64,000 nt of DNA from the human T2T-CHM13v2.0 reference genome, Homo sapiens, in the NCBI RefSeq assembly GCF_009914755.1, contig NC_060932.1. One strand, written 5' to 3'. Position numbers and translations under genes: made by a program. Below the pieces are notes generated by a model. It was not told the DNA's origin and searched no databases. It saw nothing but the letters and a program-made list of their open reading frames with translations. Positions 41,443 through 56,320 of the stretch are shown here, piece after piece. Numbering within the stretch: position 1 is the first letter of the stretch; every line of letters starts with the position of its first letter.

Positions 41443-41934
41443 TGAGAGGTGAAGCCAGCTGGACTTCCTGGGTCGAGTGGGGACTTGGAGAACTTTTCTT
41501 TCTAGCTAGAGGATTGTAAACATACCAATCAGTGCTCTGTGTCTAGCTAAAGAATTGTAAATGCACCAATCGGCACTCTAAAAACACACCAATCAGTGCT
41601 CTGTGTCTAGCTAAAGTACGGTAAACGCACCAGTCAGCACTCTGTAAAATGGACCAATCAGCACTCTGTAAAATGGACCAATCAGCAGGACGTGGGCATG
41701 GACAAATAAGGGAATAAAAGCTGGCCACCCCAGCCAGCAGCAGCAACATGCTCGGGTCCCCTTCCACGCTGTGGAAGCTTTGTTTTTTCACTCTTCACAA
41801 TAAATCTTGCTGTTGCTCACTCTTTTGTTCTGTGCCACCTTTAAGAGCTGTAACACTCACCACGAAGGTCTGTGGCTTCATTCTTGAAGTCAGCGAGACC
41901 AAGAACGCACCAGAAGGAACCAACTCCAGACATA
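41443..41934 (+). repeat. 3' LTR (492 bp)
   Basis: Preceded by polypurine tract AGAGGGGGGA (41432-41441); six CCAAT-type units (one CCAGT); AATAAA at 41799; ends CCAGACATA. Confidence 0.92.
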
Positions 41935-42049
41935 TTGCAATGGTTAGGATATCACTAGGTGACAGGAAATGTTCGGATCCATTCTAATCTCATGAGACCA
42001 TGGTCTTATATGTGGTCAGTCAGTGATGGAAACAGGAGGTGCATGACTA

Positions 42050-42520
42050 TATTAGTTTGCTAAGGCTGCAAATAACAAATTACCAAAAATTCAGTGGCTG
42101 AAAATAGAAATTTATTGTCATACGGTTCTGGAAACCAGAAGAAGATCAAGGTGTCAGCGCAGCCATGCTCCCTCTGATGGCTCTAGGGGAGAAGGCTTCC
42201 TTGTTCTTTTCCACCTCCTGGTGGCTCCAGGCCTCTTTAGCTTGTGTCAGCATCACTCCAATTCCTGCCTCTGTCTTTACGTGGTCATCTCCTCTGTGTC
42301 TCTGTCTTCTTTTCTGTCAAAGTCAGATCTTTTTCTGCCCTTGTCTTACAGGCACACGTGTCATTGAATTTAGGGCCAAGCCAGATAGTCCAGGATATTC
42401 TCATCCTGAGATCCTTCAATTAATTATATCTGAAATGACCCTTTTTCCAAATGAAGTCACATTCATTGAATCCAGGAGTTAGAACATGGACATGTCTTTT
42501 AGGGGAACACCATTCAGGCA
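42050..42520 (-). mobile_element. MLT1C-like MaLR solo LTR
   Basis: TATTAGTTTGCTAAGGCTGC...AGAAATTTATTGTC...ATCAAGGTGTCAGC. Confidence 0.8.
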
Positions 42521-43579
42521 CTTCAGAAGAAAGCAAGTGTCCTCTTTCTTTTAGCATCTTGTGTATTTAGTCTTCTTTAAAAGCACTATATGTTGACTTT
42601 GGATTGAATTCTGCCTAGCTGCTAGTTGTGTGACCTTGGGCATGTTACTTAACTTCTCTCTGCTTGAGTTGTCCATCGAAATGGAAGCTGTAAATGAGCA
42701 TTTGACAGGATTGTTGTAAAGATTAAATGAGGCATGGAAGGTAAAGTTCCTAGGGCAGCTCAATAAATATGTGAAGATATTATTTTGTTGTGGTTAGCAA
42801 TCTCTAACAGTAGAGACCAGGAGGACTCCAGCTTTTCAATGTATGGTTATACAAGTTATACAAGGAGGCATTTATCTTGGTTCCTCTGCCTTCAAGTTCC
42901 CAATGCTAAGGTTAGCATTGGGGGTTTACTCCAATCTTGGAATCCTGGCTTTGCTTTGAAAGCCTTGCAGCTTGCTAGCAGACAATTGGAAATTCACTAT
43001 TTTAGGATTTAGGACACTGGCAGGAGGTCTGAATTATGTTAATTTCAGAGGCCTCTGACAGGCTTATCTTGCAATTTTCTTAAAAAATAGAGATTGGAGT
43101 TTACTTAAAGAATCAAAGGAAGCTGTGTGGGAAGGTATCTTTGTTTAACATCTGTCTGCCATTTACCACCATTTGTACCCCACAGGGAGAAAGGAGAGGC
43201 TGCCTCAGAGCTAAATTTAAGTTGCAAGGGTATAAGCAGCACTTTTAAAGGAAGACAGATAACAGCTTCCTGTCTGGGAAAGATTACTGAAAAGGAAACT
43301 TTGATTCAACATTTCCTTACTCTTTTGGTGAGAATGATTCCTACTCCCTACATAAAGTCCAGGGAGGAGCTATTTGTAGCTAGTTAAGTAAGATGTTTTA
43401 AGTCCTCATAAGTCTTTTCTTCAAAGTAAATATTTATTCTCTTCAAAAGCCAACTAGTGTTTAAAATCTTCGCTTCTTTTATTTTCTAAAAAAAAGGAAA
43501 TGTTTTTCTGGTAAAAACACTTAGGTCAAACGAAAAGTCTCTAGGAGACCCAATTTATAAAACAAGAAGAAACTTCTTT

Positions 43580-43695
43580 TGATGAATCTGTAAATTTGTT
43601 TGACTGTAGTAATCATTTTACCATTTATATGTATGTCAAAACATCATGTTGTACACACATCTCAAATATATATAATGAAAAATAAATTTGAAAAG
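43580..43695 (+). mobile_element. 116-bp L1MA-type 3' tip with TSD
   Basis: GACTGTAGTAATCATTTTACC...AAAACATCATGTTGTACAC; direct repeat AAGAAGAAACTTCTTT at 43564-43579 and 43696-43711. Confidence 0.8.
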
Positions 43696-43945
43696 AAGAA
43701 GAAACTTCTTTGTTCTAGTGAAAGGTGGTGATGGCCTAGACACTTGTCCAATACGCCTCAGCAAGTAAAACATGGGGCCTCTAGAACAGGCAAATCTTCC
43801 CCCTTCGGAGTGTTACCTAGCCCAGAGCAGATGGTCACTTGCCTGAGGAAAGGGATAGAAGACATCTGGGCCAGCTGGAGAATGCCTGAGCTTTGATTCA
43901 AAGGCCACGTTTCCTGTGGCAAAGCTTGTTCTGTAAAACCCCATA

Positions 43946-44240
<295 letters not shown>

Positions 44241-44369
44241 AAAACCCCATAAATGTGAAAAGAGACAATTAGATGTCAACTACATTGACTACCTTAGGAT
44301 AAACGTGGAACAAAAATAAAACTATATCCCTTATTGATAACGACCTTAGATAAAGTCCAGGGAGAGTTG

Positions 44370-45425
44370 ACAAGTATAGGGGAAGTGGTTAAGAGTATCT
44401 GACCTGGAGCTGAAACTACTGGTTCCAGTCCCAACTTTATGGGGTTTTGGTGGTTCCCAGACCAGCCAGTAGCATTAGCATTGTGTAGGAGCTTGTTGGA
44501 AATGTAGATTCTCAGATCACATCCCTGACCTACTGTATCAGAATCTGCATTTAACAAAATCTTTGGATAATTTGTAGGTACATTAAAGTTTGAGGAGCAC
44601 TAACCTAGTGTCACAGAAACACCCTGGGTGACCTCCAGTAATTCCCACCTCCTATTGTTCATGCCTCTGTGTACCCCATCCCTTTGGGTATGGATGGGGC
44701 TTGTGACTTGCTTCTACCCAATGGAAGAGGGCAAAGGTGAAAACGTTTTGCAGATGTAATTAACCCCCCACATTAATTGGTTCTGAGTTGAAGGGAGAGT
44801 ACTCTGTGCAGGCCTGACTTTATCAGGTGAATAGCCTTTAAAAGAGGGACTGGACCTTCCTTGAGGTGAGAGACTCTCCTTTTAGGCTTGATGGAATAAA
44901 TGAAATAAATGGCTTTGTGTTGGAGAAGCCCACATGGAACTGCTGGCAGCCTATAGGACCCGAGGGTGACCTCCAGCCAATAGCCAGCAAAAAACAGGGT
45001 CCTTCACCATATAGCTGCCAAGATACAATTTCTGCTAGCAACCTAAAGGAGCATAGAAACAGATTCTTCCCCAGTTGAGCCTACAGATGAGAATACAGCT
45101 CAACTAACAACTTGATTACAGTCTTGTAAGACTCTGAGCAAAGGGCCAGTTAAGATATGCCTGGAGTTCTGACCCACAGAAACTATAAGTTAATAAATGA
45201 ATACTATGTTATGCTGTTAAACTTATGCTAATTTGTTCCATGACAATAGAAAACCAATACTTCTAGGGCAATTTGTTTATCTGCTTTTGACAGGTTTGTC
45301 TAAATATCAAAAGAGTATAAAATTAGTATTAACCATAGGGTTATTTTGCAGATTAATGAGTAATATGTGTAAAATGCCTAAAACTGTGCTTGGCACATGG
45401 TAAGTACTCAGTAAATTTTATTATT
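44370..45425. mobile_element. Cluster: MIR split by MER5A-like (~44440-44600) and MLT1E/F-like LTR (~44610-45260)
   Basis: MIR head GTGGTTAAGAG at ~44386 and tail TGGCACATGGTAAGTACTCAGTAAAT at ~45400; MER5A CAGAATCTGCATTTAACAA; MLT1 GATGAGAATACAGC...CCCACAGAAACTATAAG. Confidence 0.7.
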
Positions 45426-45457
45426 ATAGCATTTATCTGATACAAACAATTACATGA

Positions 45458-45826
<369 letters not shown>

Positions 45827-46099
45827 TGAAGGTCAAAAAATTATGTTGCATTTCGTGCATATGAGTTTCTAGGACATTAAACCCAAATGTGTCTATTGAA
45901 TTAGCTTCACTAAAAATATAGGTAAGCACTGCTAAAGTCTATGTCCATGTTTGTATCAGGTTTGTTCACCTAAAAGAATCTGTTGAAGCATCTGTTGGTT
46001 ACAATCCAAAGTGTGAAAATATGCACATTATCTTCATTTTATAGACAGTTAGGTGGAGCTGCAGAGGAAATGATTTGTGCATGTCATGGAGGAAATTGA

Positions 46100-46436
<337 letters not shown>

Positions 46437-47500
46437 AAAGTCCTGCATCTTGATTCATGCCTGTATTCTCACAACATCATGAGCTATTTGCTATTTGGCA
46501 AAGGACAAATTAAGGCGGAGGATGGACATTTCTCAGGGAAAATTTCAGCTCTTGTGTCTTTTTTCTGGGTCTACCCCTCCCAACCTGCCAATCAATAAAC
46601 CATCCATTGTTTCTCTTTGACAGAAACTTTGGAGACTTGTAAAATGTTAGTTCTGATTATACACCATTGCTTGCAGGTATCAACAATGCAGAAGCGAGGG
46701 CAGGTCTCTGAGCCTTTGAGTGGCAACACAACTGCTGTCGTGACAATAAAATTAGAATGGGAGATGAATTCCATCTTTTCTTCTGATGCTTAATTTTTTA
46801 GCCTCTACATGAACCTTCATATGCAATGCAGTTCCAGACACCTACATTCTTAGTATCCCTGTCATTCTTTTTCAATGCCTGGGTTACCTTCTTATTGGAA
46901 TGACCTTGTATGTTGTATTTAGAATTCTGTTTAGATATATTTAATTATAATGCCCTTTCAGGACGCTTGTATTGGCAGCCTCCTGTGATATTGCTATTTG
47001 TTTTGAAACTCAATATTCATTTAGAAGTGCTTTTTGTTCTACTCTACCAGATGCTCACATTTGGTTCTTAGCAAATACCATAGATGAGGTCACTCTATAA
47101 TCGAACTTTCATAAATCATCCTTTGCAATGTGCAGCCAACTTCCCACAATCTTTTCTTCTCACAGAAACCTTTCCTAAGCCACTAAAGGATACGATAAAG
47201 AAGCAGGTTTATCTCTCTCAGTACGTGTTTTACTTTTCATTCTTTTATCAACTAAAGCTTTAGGTTTTGTTGCTAATGCAAATATGGTTTTTTTACCTTT
47301 GCCTGCTGAAGAAGTGGCTGAATTGTGAAATTATGTGTTGTCCTCAGATATGCATGATAATACAATAGACTGTATTCATATGTACATATATTTATTTCAT
47401 ATTCACTAATTAATTTAATGTGCCAGTGTTGATGATTACAAGTTACGTCTCAATTAATATACAGGTTACAGGTGTCTACATATACATAAATATTTATTCA

Positions 47501-47580
47501 TTAGGTTGTTGCAAAAGGAATTGTGGTTTATGCCATTAAAAATAATGGCATAAAACACAATTATTTTTGCAACAACCTAA
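47501..47580. mobile_element. Full-length 80-bp MADE1 MITE (hairpin)
   Basis: TTAGGTTGTTGCAAAAGGAATTGTGG...CACAATTATTTTTGCAACAACCTAA. Confidence 0.93.
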
Positions 47581-47724
47581 CAGATCCATGTATTATAAGT
47601 CCCTGGATTCCTAATATATTTTAACCCTAAGAGGCCAACATCACTAACTATGGGTTTTGTAGTTGTTTTGGTGACAAAAGCCACAATGGAGTATGTTTTT
47701 AACCTACTTAAAAACACTTAATTT

Positions 47725-48091
<367 letters not shown>

Positions 48092-50773
48092 TTATTAGAG
48101 ACTGAAGATATCTAAACAATATACACACAATATAATAATGATATTGATGATAACAAGTAGACCTTTTTTAAAAAATCTAAATCCAGCTAAATTTGTATGT
48201 AGGCATTTTTAATGGACTATGTTAGGAAAGTTACGTGACAAAAATTCCTAAAGAACTTTTTAATGACAAACAATACTAGAGAGTTACAAAAATATTTTTA
48301 GATGACATATTTTCCTTCAGAAAGCTTTCACCATCATTGTATTTTCACAATGCCTTGACTTAGGGTGGGAAAAATTATCTTATACAAGGGAAACTAAGAC
48401 ATGAATTGATTAAGTAAATTGTACAATCACATAAGAAAATCACAACAAAGGTACAGAATCTAGATTATATGCTCATATTTGTTTCTTGTTGTATCTTGTA
48501 ATAAACAATTTGGGGGGCAGCATGGGATAAACAGGAATAATATGAATATGGAATAATATGATTCAGGTAAACACAGTCACAGCCATCAGAGTTGCTTAAA
48601 TTGTTAAAATATGTGCCCATGTTCAACACCCCCCCTGGACACCCCAGATCCAGCATTCAAAGGTCAACACCTGGTGCATAGTGGCACCCTGAGAGTCAGC
48701 TTCAACTCAGTGCTCAGGCTGTCCCAGTGGTTCAATATTTCGAGTGTCACCCATGGACAATGTTATTTAATAACTAGTTTTGATGCTGGCGAAGTTTCAG
48801 TGATTCACCTTTTTAAGACCTAGAGCAGTATTAAAAAAGATTGTGATGTGTTTGCTCTTCTTTCTGTTGTAGCGTGCTTCCTTATTTTTTCATCTCAAAC
48901 TCTAAAAATGTCAACTAATCTGCCTCTGCTCTGTGAAGTTCCAACCTGGAAAACTTCTTCATGGGGCCTGATATTTGGAAAAATGAATACCTTAATGGAG
49001 CTGCTAAAAAACTCTTGCTGAGTCCCTCTGAATGCTTTAAAACAGTAATCTGATGAGAGCAAAAATATTATCAGAACCACTTCTTGGAGAATGCCAGGAT
49101 TTGGCTGCGTAGAAACAAACCTTGCTGGTTATGATAAGCTGGCCTCAAACACATAGGAAGAAAGAAGAGATCTTCTCTGGGAGATAAACAAAGACAGTCT
49201 GTGAATTGAGTTAGATAAACCTCATGAGTTATTTTTCTTTAAGTGAGGGAAGACTGGTAACTGAAGTTTCAAATATCAATAAATGAATCACTCGTCTTTC
49301 TGCTGTGATAATGTGACAAGGTTAAAGCAACATTTCATGTAGTAAAGATTCACCTTAGTTTTCCAACATATCTGAATGGCTCCAATGTCAAGACTAGTTC
49401 ACAGGGAAGGAGACTGAAGATTAAATATTTAGGCATTAGTGTCCATCTCAATGGTTGTTCAGAAATGCCATCTTAGGATAGAATTATTTCAACCTGTATT
49501 CTCTATGGCATCAAACTGATTCTTTGCTCACTGTGAGAGTAATTGTTTTGCATCCCTAATCCCCATTTTCCAAGTAAAACTTTATTTTAGTTGGTAATGG
49601 CCAGCCCACATTCACAGAGGTATATATGGTTCACCGATGACCGGTTTTATTTTACTATTTTCCAGGGCCACCTGTACTCTGGTTTAGTGAAATACACACT
49701 CTCATTACCTTTCTCTGCCTATGCAAGGTGGCCTTCCAGTTCCCACTACTGAATGCTATTGGTGAAACTGTCAATTCTGATACAGTGGCAGACCCTAAGA
49801 GCACAGCCTGACTTTTCAGTCAGTAGATGGACAATATGATCTCATTTTTCCCTCTTGTTACATTCCCTCACTAGACTAAGCTTTCAGAAACAACTCAGTT
49901 TCATTTTAGTCTAAAAATAAAGCTGAGCTGCTTGACTTTTCTATTCTTCAGAGTCTCTTGGAGCAAATTGAGCTATCAGCTACCTCCTTTCACATTTCAT
50001 AGCAACAGGCAGAATATGTTTTTATTCATTGCTTTTCTAGCTACCAACTGCTTTGCTCAGCAGGCAGCTATGTTGTGGTTGGAAAAGGTGCCCTTCTAAC
50101 AGACCTAATACTTATTTAGCTAAAAGCAACTTCTGGGGCTAATGTAAAATCATAGTGAGCTTCAATCAAACATTTTCTGTACATCTAGTGTGTCTTAAGC
50201 ATGTCAAGAACTTGTGATTTGAAACCTCAGTAGTGTGGGATTTATACTCACTCAGGCTCCTGAGTGCCTTTGGGACTCTTAGGTTACATGTGGGACATCC
50301 ATGAAATATGGAAAGGAAATAGAAGTGCACCAAATATTACAATACAATTCAAGATATAAGCCAAGATCTGTGTCAGAGGCAAGTTCCTTTAGTTAATTGC
50401 CATTTTTGAATGCATTTAAGTAAAAGTAGCCTTTTTTTTTTTTAAAGCAACCAGGCATAGACTTAAATGAAAAAAAGTTTAAATAAAAGCAAATGAGAAT
50501 TTTTAAAAGGATAAACTATGAACCTCTAATGTTTCAGACCCAATGTTTGGACAGACTGAGATTTAAAAAAAAAAAAAGTGTATTCTAGGTTCTTAGTTTT
50601 TATTCCCCAGAGATCAACTTATTTCTTAAACCTGTTCTCTTTATTCTCAGAATTATCCTAGAAAATGCAGGTATCAATCCAATGTAATCCATAACTCTCC
50701 CACTTTAGCTAATACCCTGATCCAGCAGAGGTGGCTATTTCTCAAACACTATATATCTGCTTTATGAACTTCC

Positions 50774-51100
50774 TGTCTTATCTGTTCAGGCTGCTAGTAA
50801 AAGAATACCATAAACTGGTAGCTTATGAATGACATACATTTAATTTCTTACAGTTATGGAGGCTGGGAAGCCCAGGTTCAGGACACCTGCAGATACTGTG
50901 TCTGATGAGGACCTGCTTTATCTTCTCTCCATAACCTCACATGGTAGAAGGGGCAAGGACATTTCTGGACTCTTTTAAAAGAGCAGCAATCCCATTCATG
51001 AGGGCTCCACCTTCGTGACCTGATTACCTCCTCAAATCCCCACCTCCTAGTATCATCACATTGGGGGTTAGGATTTCAACATATGAATTTTAGGGGAACA
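50774..51100 (-). mobile_element. MST/MLT1A-like MaLR solo LTR
   Basis: TGTCTTATCTGTTCAGGCTGCT...AATCCCATTCATGAGGGCTCCACC...GGATTTCAACATATGAATTT. Confidence 0.8.
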
Positions 51101-51329
51101 CCTGCTTCCCCAGTCCCTCTGCTACTCCTTATTCAATCCTCACTTCACATCTTAGGCTTTGAGCTCTCCTCTGTATCTTTATATTCCTGGTCATTGAAAT
51201 AAATATTCTCCTAGAGAGTAGAAGCTGTGTAACAAGCCACATAACAATATCAATCATCTATAAGAAGTAGGTGCTGGTGGTATCACCAAATCCAGTGAGT
51301 TTTTTAGTATGAAGGCAAAAGAAAAGGAT

Positions 51330-51610
51330 TCACCTCTTGGAACATTCATTCTTAGGATGCTTCCTCTAGGAACACAGCTATTGTGCTGGGAGAAGCCCAA
51401 GCCGTGGGGATTGGCCATATGCAGGCACTTCAGTCCATAGCTTCCAGCTGAACTCCTGGTCACCACCCAGCCCAACAGTCAGCCCTGTGAGTGAGCTCTC
51501 TTAGATGTCATCCTTAGTTGAGCAATCAGAAATTCCCAACCCCAGCAGCCATACCATTGTACCACATGAGAGAGCCCAAAGAGAACTTTCCAGATGACCC
51601 TAGTCAAAGA
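51330..51610 (+). mobile_element. Old MLT1-type LTR fragment
   Basis: AGGAACACAGCTATTGTGCTGGGAGAAGCCCAAGCC...GCCCTGTGAGTGAG. Confidence 0.55.
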
Positions 51611-52536
51611 ACAGACCCCTCTATCCAGTTGGCAAATTTACCCTACATTTTAACAAGGTGAAGATCATCTGAAGGGTGCAGATTTGTTAAGGCTCCTGTA
51701 AGACTGAAGGTCATAACTCATAGACCCTTTCAACTAGACAAGAAGCATTCTAAGAATCTTAAAAGCACTGTCTCACCTAGGGTTGACACATAAAATAGAA
51801 CCTGCAATATTCAGCAATATTAACCCTAAAAATTTACTATCTGAAATTCAAATTTAACTGCCTTCTATTTTTATTTGCTAAATTTGGCAACCTAGCACAG
51901 GTCGCTGAATCTCTATCCGAGAAAGAAAGGGGCTGGTCTCGAAGAAATTAATCATCCCCTTCCATATTTTATTCCTTGGCTTTTTGTTAAATCGATACAG
52001 AAAGTAGATTCCCTGGATCAATCAAATCTACCTATGAAAATGCTACAAACCTTTCCCCAAGATCCTCTAAGCAAATATTCATTCCTAACATTCCCCAAAC
52101 TTTTATAATATATTTAGCTGAATCCCATAGAACAAATTGAAAGGCAAACTAGAACTTGGACTTTGGGAAAATCAGATCAAATGCAAATAAAGACAAGCTT
52201 TCAATAAAACAAAATATTACTGATTTTGATTTGTCTCAGAAAAATACAACGAAGGGGGAAACTCATGGATTTAGATGATTTTCAGCAGCAAAAAATACGA
52301 CAGAGTTCATGGAAAAATAATACTAATCATATTTAATTTTTTAATATTGATTCATAGTTTACATATGATAGATTATTTAATTTGAATTTCAAAAGAACCC
52401 ATGTAAAGTAGCAAAGCATAGATCATTTTTGAATCCTGTACAACTTAACACTGACTAGAGTTCAATACATGTTGTTAGGTTGAATCTTTACTTCTGTTTT
52501 ACATATGTAGAACCTGAGGTTCAAAGAAATCATGTT

Positions 52537-53014
<478 letters not shown>

Positions 53015-53844
53015 TTACATGTCCATCACTAAGCTAGGTGGTTTTTATACACGTTTTCTCACTTCATATGAACTGTCAATAATAGTTCACGCGGAATCCA
53101 CCTATCTAAATCTTCACTATCTGGAACAAAGCCAAGAGTATGCAAGTACATTTATAAGTTTCAGACAGAATAAATGACAAACTAAAAATTCAGTCATTCT
53201 ACACATATGTATTGAGTGCTGATTATATATTAGATACTCTATCAGGCTCTAATGTAGACTCGGCCTCTGCTGTCTTAGATTTTAGAGTGCAGTGGTTGAC
53301 AAAAACACAACCAATGCACTGAAACTGTTATGCCTTATTCATTACAGAGCCCCTTACATGATCACATGAAATCTAGGTACTCTTATTTTAGAGAAAAGTC
53401 TAACAAACCCAATTGTGTATTATCCCTTCTCTAACAAATTGGAAGCCACAAAAAAGAAAATATAGCCCTAAGAAGCCTCAGTTGATCATCTCGCAATGGC
53501 AGAGGCCACAGCAGACACAACTCTAATAATGTGTGAGTTTGAAGTCATCTAATCTATTGGCTAACAATCCTTGGAAACTTGAGTAAGACATAAGCCCTGA
53601 TGCTGCCACTGATTCTGGTCATAGTAATTTAATTTTTTTTTGTCTATGATCCAGATATGTATGTTAACCCAGCTACTAAAGAAAATAATGCATTTTAGAA
53701 AAATATGTCAAGGAAACACGTAATTAAAATAATCGACTGGAAAAATTTCCGATGTTGAATATCTATCTCATTTTATGACAATGTTAAACAAGATAGTATT
53801 GTATTAGGACCATTAAAAGGCAACTACATGTACTACATGTATAA

Positions 53845-54183
<339 letters not shown>

Positions 54184-56266
54184 AATGCATGAATCTTTAT
54201 GCAAATTACATTCAGTAGATATCCGTCACATCTATGGCAATTTCTACATAATGTGCTAATGTATGTTGAAAATCTAAGAAAAAAGATACAGGATACTCCA
54301 AAACACTGTAAACTAAGGGTCCAGAAAAATCTTTAGTGGGCTGGAGGCTTACCTTATGGCAGAGTTGGGGTACCCTAAGGTTTAATCTCCAGAGGTTTCA
54401 AAGCAGCTGTCAAACTTCTATCTGCTTTCACACACGATAGAGGGCAATTTAAACAATGTGGATGTTAAGTTGAAGCAAAGTTTGCATAAGTGCATCAGAG
54501 TCAATGTAGATGTGGATATACTACTTACTCTTTCTGCATTTTCCCTTTCTTCCTTGTTCAAAGCTTATCTATTAATAAAATGAGAAAACAAGTTCAAAGG
54601 AATTATGAAATTATAACCCACAAATACCACTGTAACTTATAAAGCTGCTGCTATCGTGAAAGTCAGAAAAAAAAAAAAAAGATAGGCTTCGCTTGTACAT
54701 GCATTTCACAAATGCTTTTGCTAAAACTCCACCCTACGGTATGGAGTTAACTACTGTTGGTTTTGTCTGTTTGTCTCTTATTTTTCTTTTTTTCTGGAAA
54801 TGGAATCTCAATTTTTCTTTAGGAAATCATCTTACTCCTTACTTATGTAGTTGAATGGGACTGAAAACCCACCACCTACCTAGTTCTTTCCCTCCCACTG
54901 GATTAAGAAATTAGCATCTCTTATCCCCCTTGGAGGCAGGAATGAACACGTGATTCTATTGATACATTGAGACTCAATCCCTGAGTTTTGCTGGAATTAC
55001 CGGGAAGGGGAGATTTTCTTACTGTGGGTGTTGCTAAATAATGGGTACTCTGTTTTGCCAGTTCACAGAGAAAGCCTATATAAAAATCAAATCAACATAA
55101 AGGAAAGCAAAGCCAAAAGATGGAGTCAGATTCCCGATAACATTGGTTTAGCACCTTGACCAAACTGTATCTGAAGGTGGTAGTCTCCTGAGACTCTTCA
55201 GTTTGTTAGTCAATAAATTCCCTTTTTTGTTTAAGCCATCTTGCAAAAAATTTTGTCATTTAAAATCAAGTAAAATCTGGAATTTAATAAAATATAAGCC
55301 AGTGAGAGTGACATTCTAGGAATAACCATGATTCTGCTTTAAGAAAAAAATCATGTAAATGTTTGTTTTCTTAAATGCAATTAGATATTATTTTGTGCCA
55401 TTTATCTAATTACTATGGGATGTCTTTTAAGGAGAGCATGAGTCTGGGCGATAATTTGTCTATTTCAGAATTTAATTAAAGAAGGAATTTACCACACCTA
55501 AGAATGTCTTATGGTCAAGCATTATAAAAGAAATTGGCCACCATCCTTCATGAAAAATCTCAACACAAAGTACAACAGAACGCTAAACCTAATAGGTCTT
55601 CTTGAAACACATAATATAATGCCCCCCCGCCCCTAAAAAAAAAAAGAATTTATGAACTGAGTATAGTCAACCCAAATAAGTATCAAAAACCAGGAAATAA
55701 GATACCTTATTTACTTTCAAATGCTTCTTGTCAGGTGGCACAAATGTTATGTCATGGAGAAGCTGTCGTTTAATTAACAACTATACTGTGCTGGGTACTA
55801 TGGTAAATCTTTGCATGGAGGATATTGCCTGCCACAAGATTGCTGTTCAAGTGGTATTAGGGAGGTAAACATTTACATCTCTCAAAAGTGAGGATTGCAT
55901 TCGGCCTTTCTGCCAAGTAACTTGTCCTTTAGGGTTAACAAGGACCTTGTAACCAGATCCACTTAAAGTCCACTTGCAGAGAAAAGATCAGCCTTTCTTC
56001 TTACTCCTGAGAAAGACTCTATTTGAATGAATTACTCCTTTCCTAGTTTCTTCTCAAGTCATATGTAGCCTTCTTGCCCACATACTTGCAGGCCCAGATT
56101 TTTTTTTCTCCCAGAGTAGGAAATAAACTCTTTGGCAAGTTAAGAAGTCAACTCTGCCTTAGATTGGGCTCTCTTCTGAATTCTAATCAGAAGATATTTT
56201 TGACTCAGCAATCATTTTTAGGGATTCTTTGATCTTCGTCTCTTTCAAGTCACCGAAATCAGTGTG

Positions 56267-56268
<2 letters not shown>

Positions 56269-56314
<46 letters not shown>
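56269..56314. repeat. (GT)23 microsatellite
   Basis: Read directly. Confidence 0.97.

Positions 56315-56320
<6 letters not shown>

Larger units (their letters stand above)
36510..41934 (+). mobile_element. ERV9-family (LTR12F-like) provirus, internally deleted and defective
   Basis: Two LTRs starting TGAGAGGTGAAGCC, PBS, gag/pro/partial pol/partial env, polypurine tract, 4-bp TSD TTGC (36506-36509 and 41935-41938). Confidence 0.93.
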
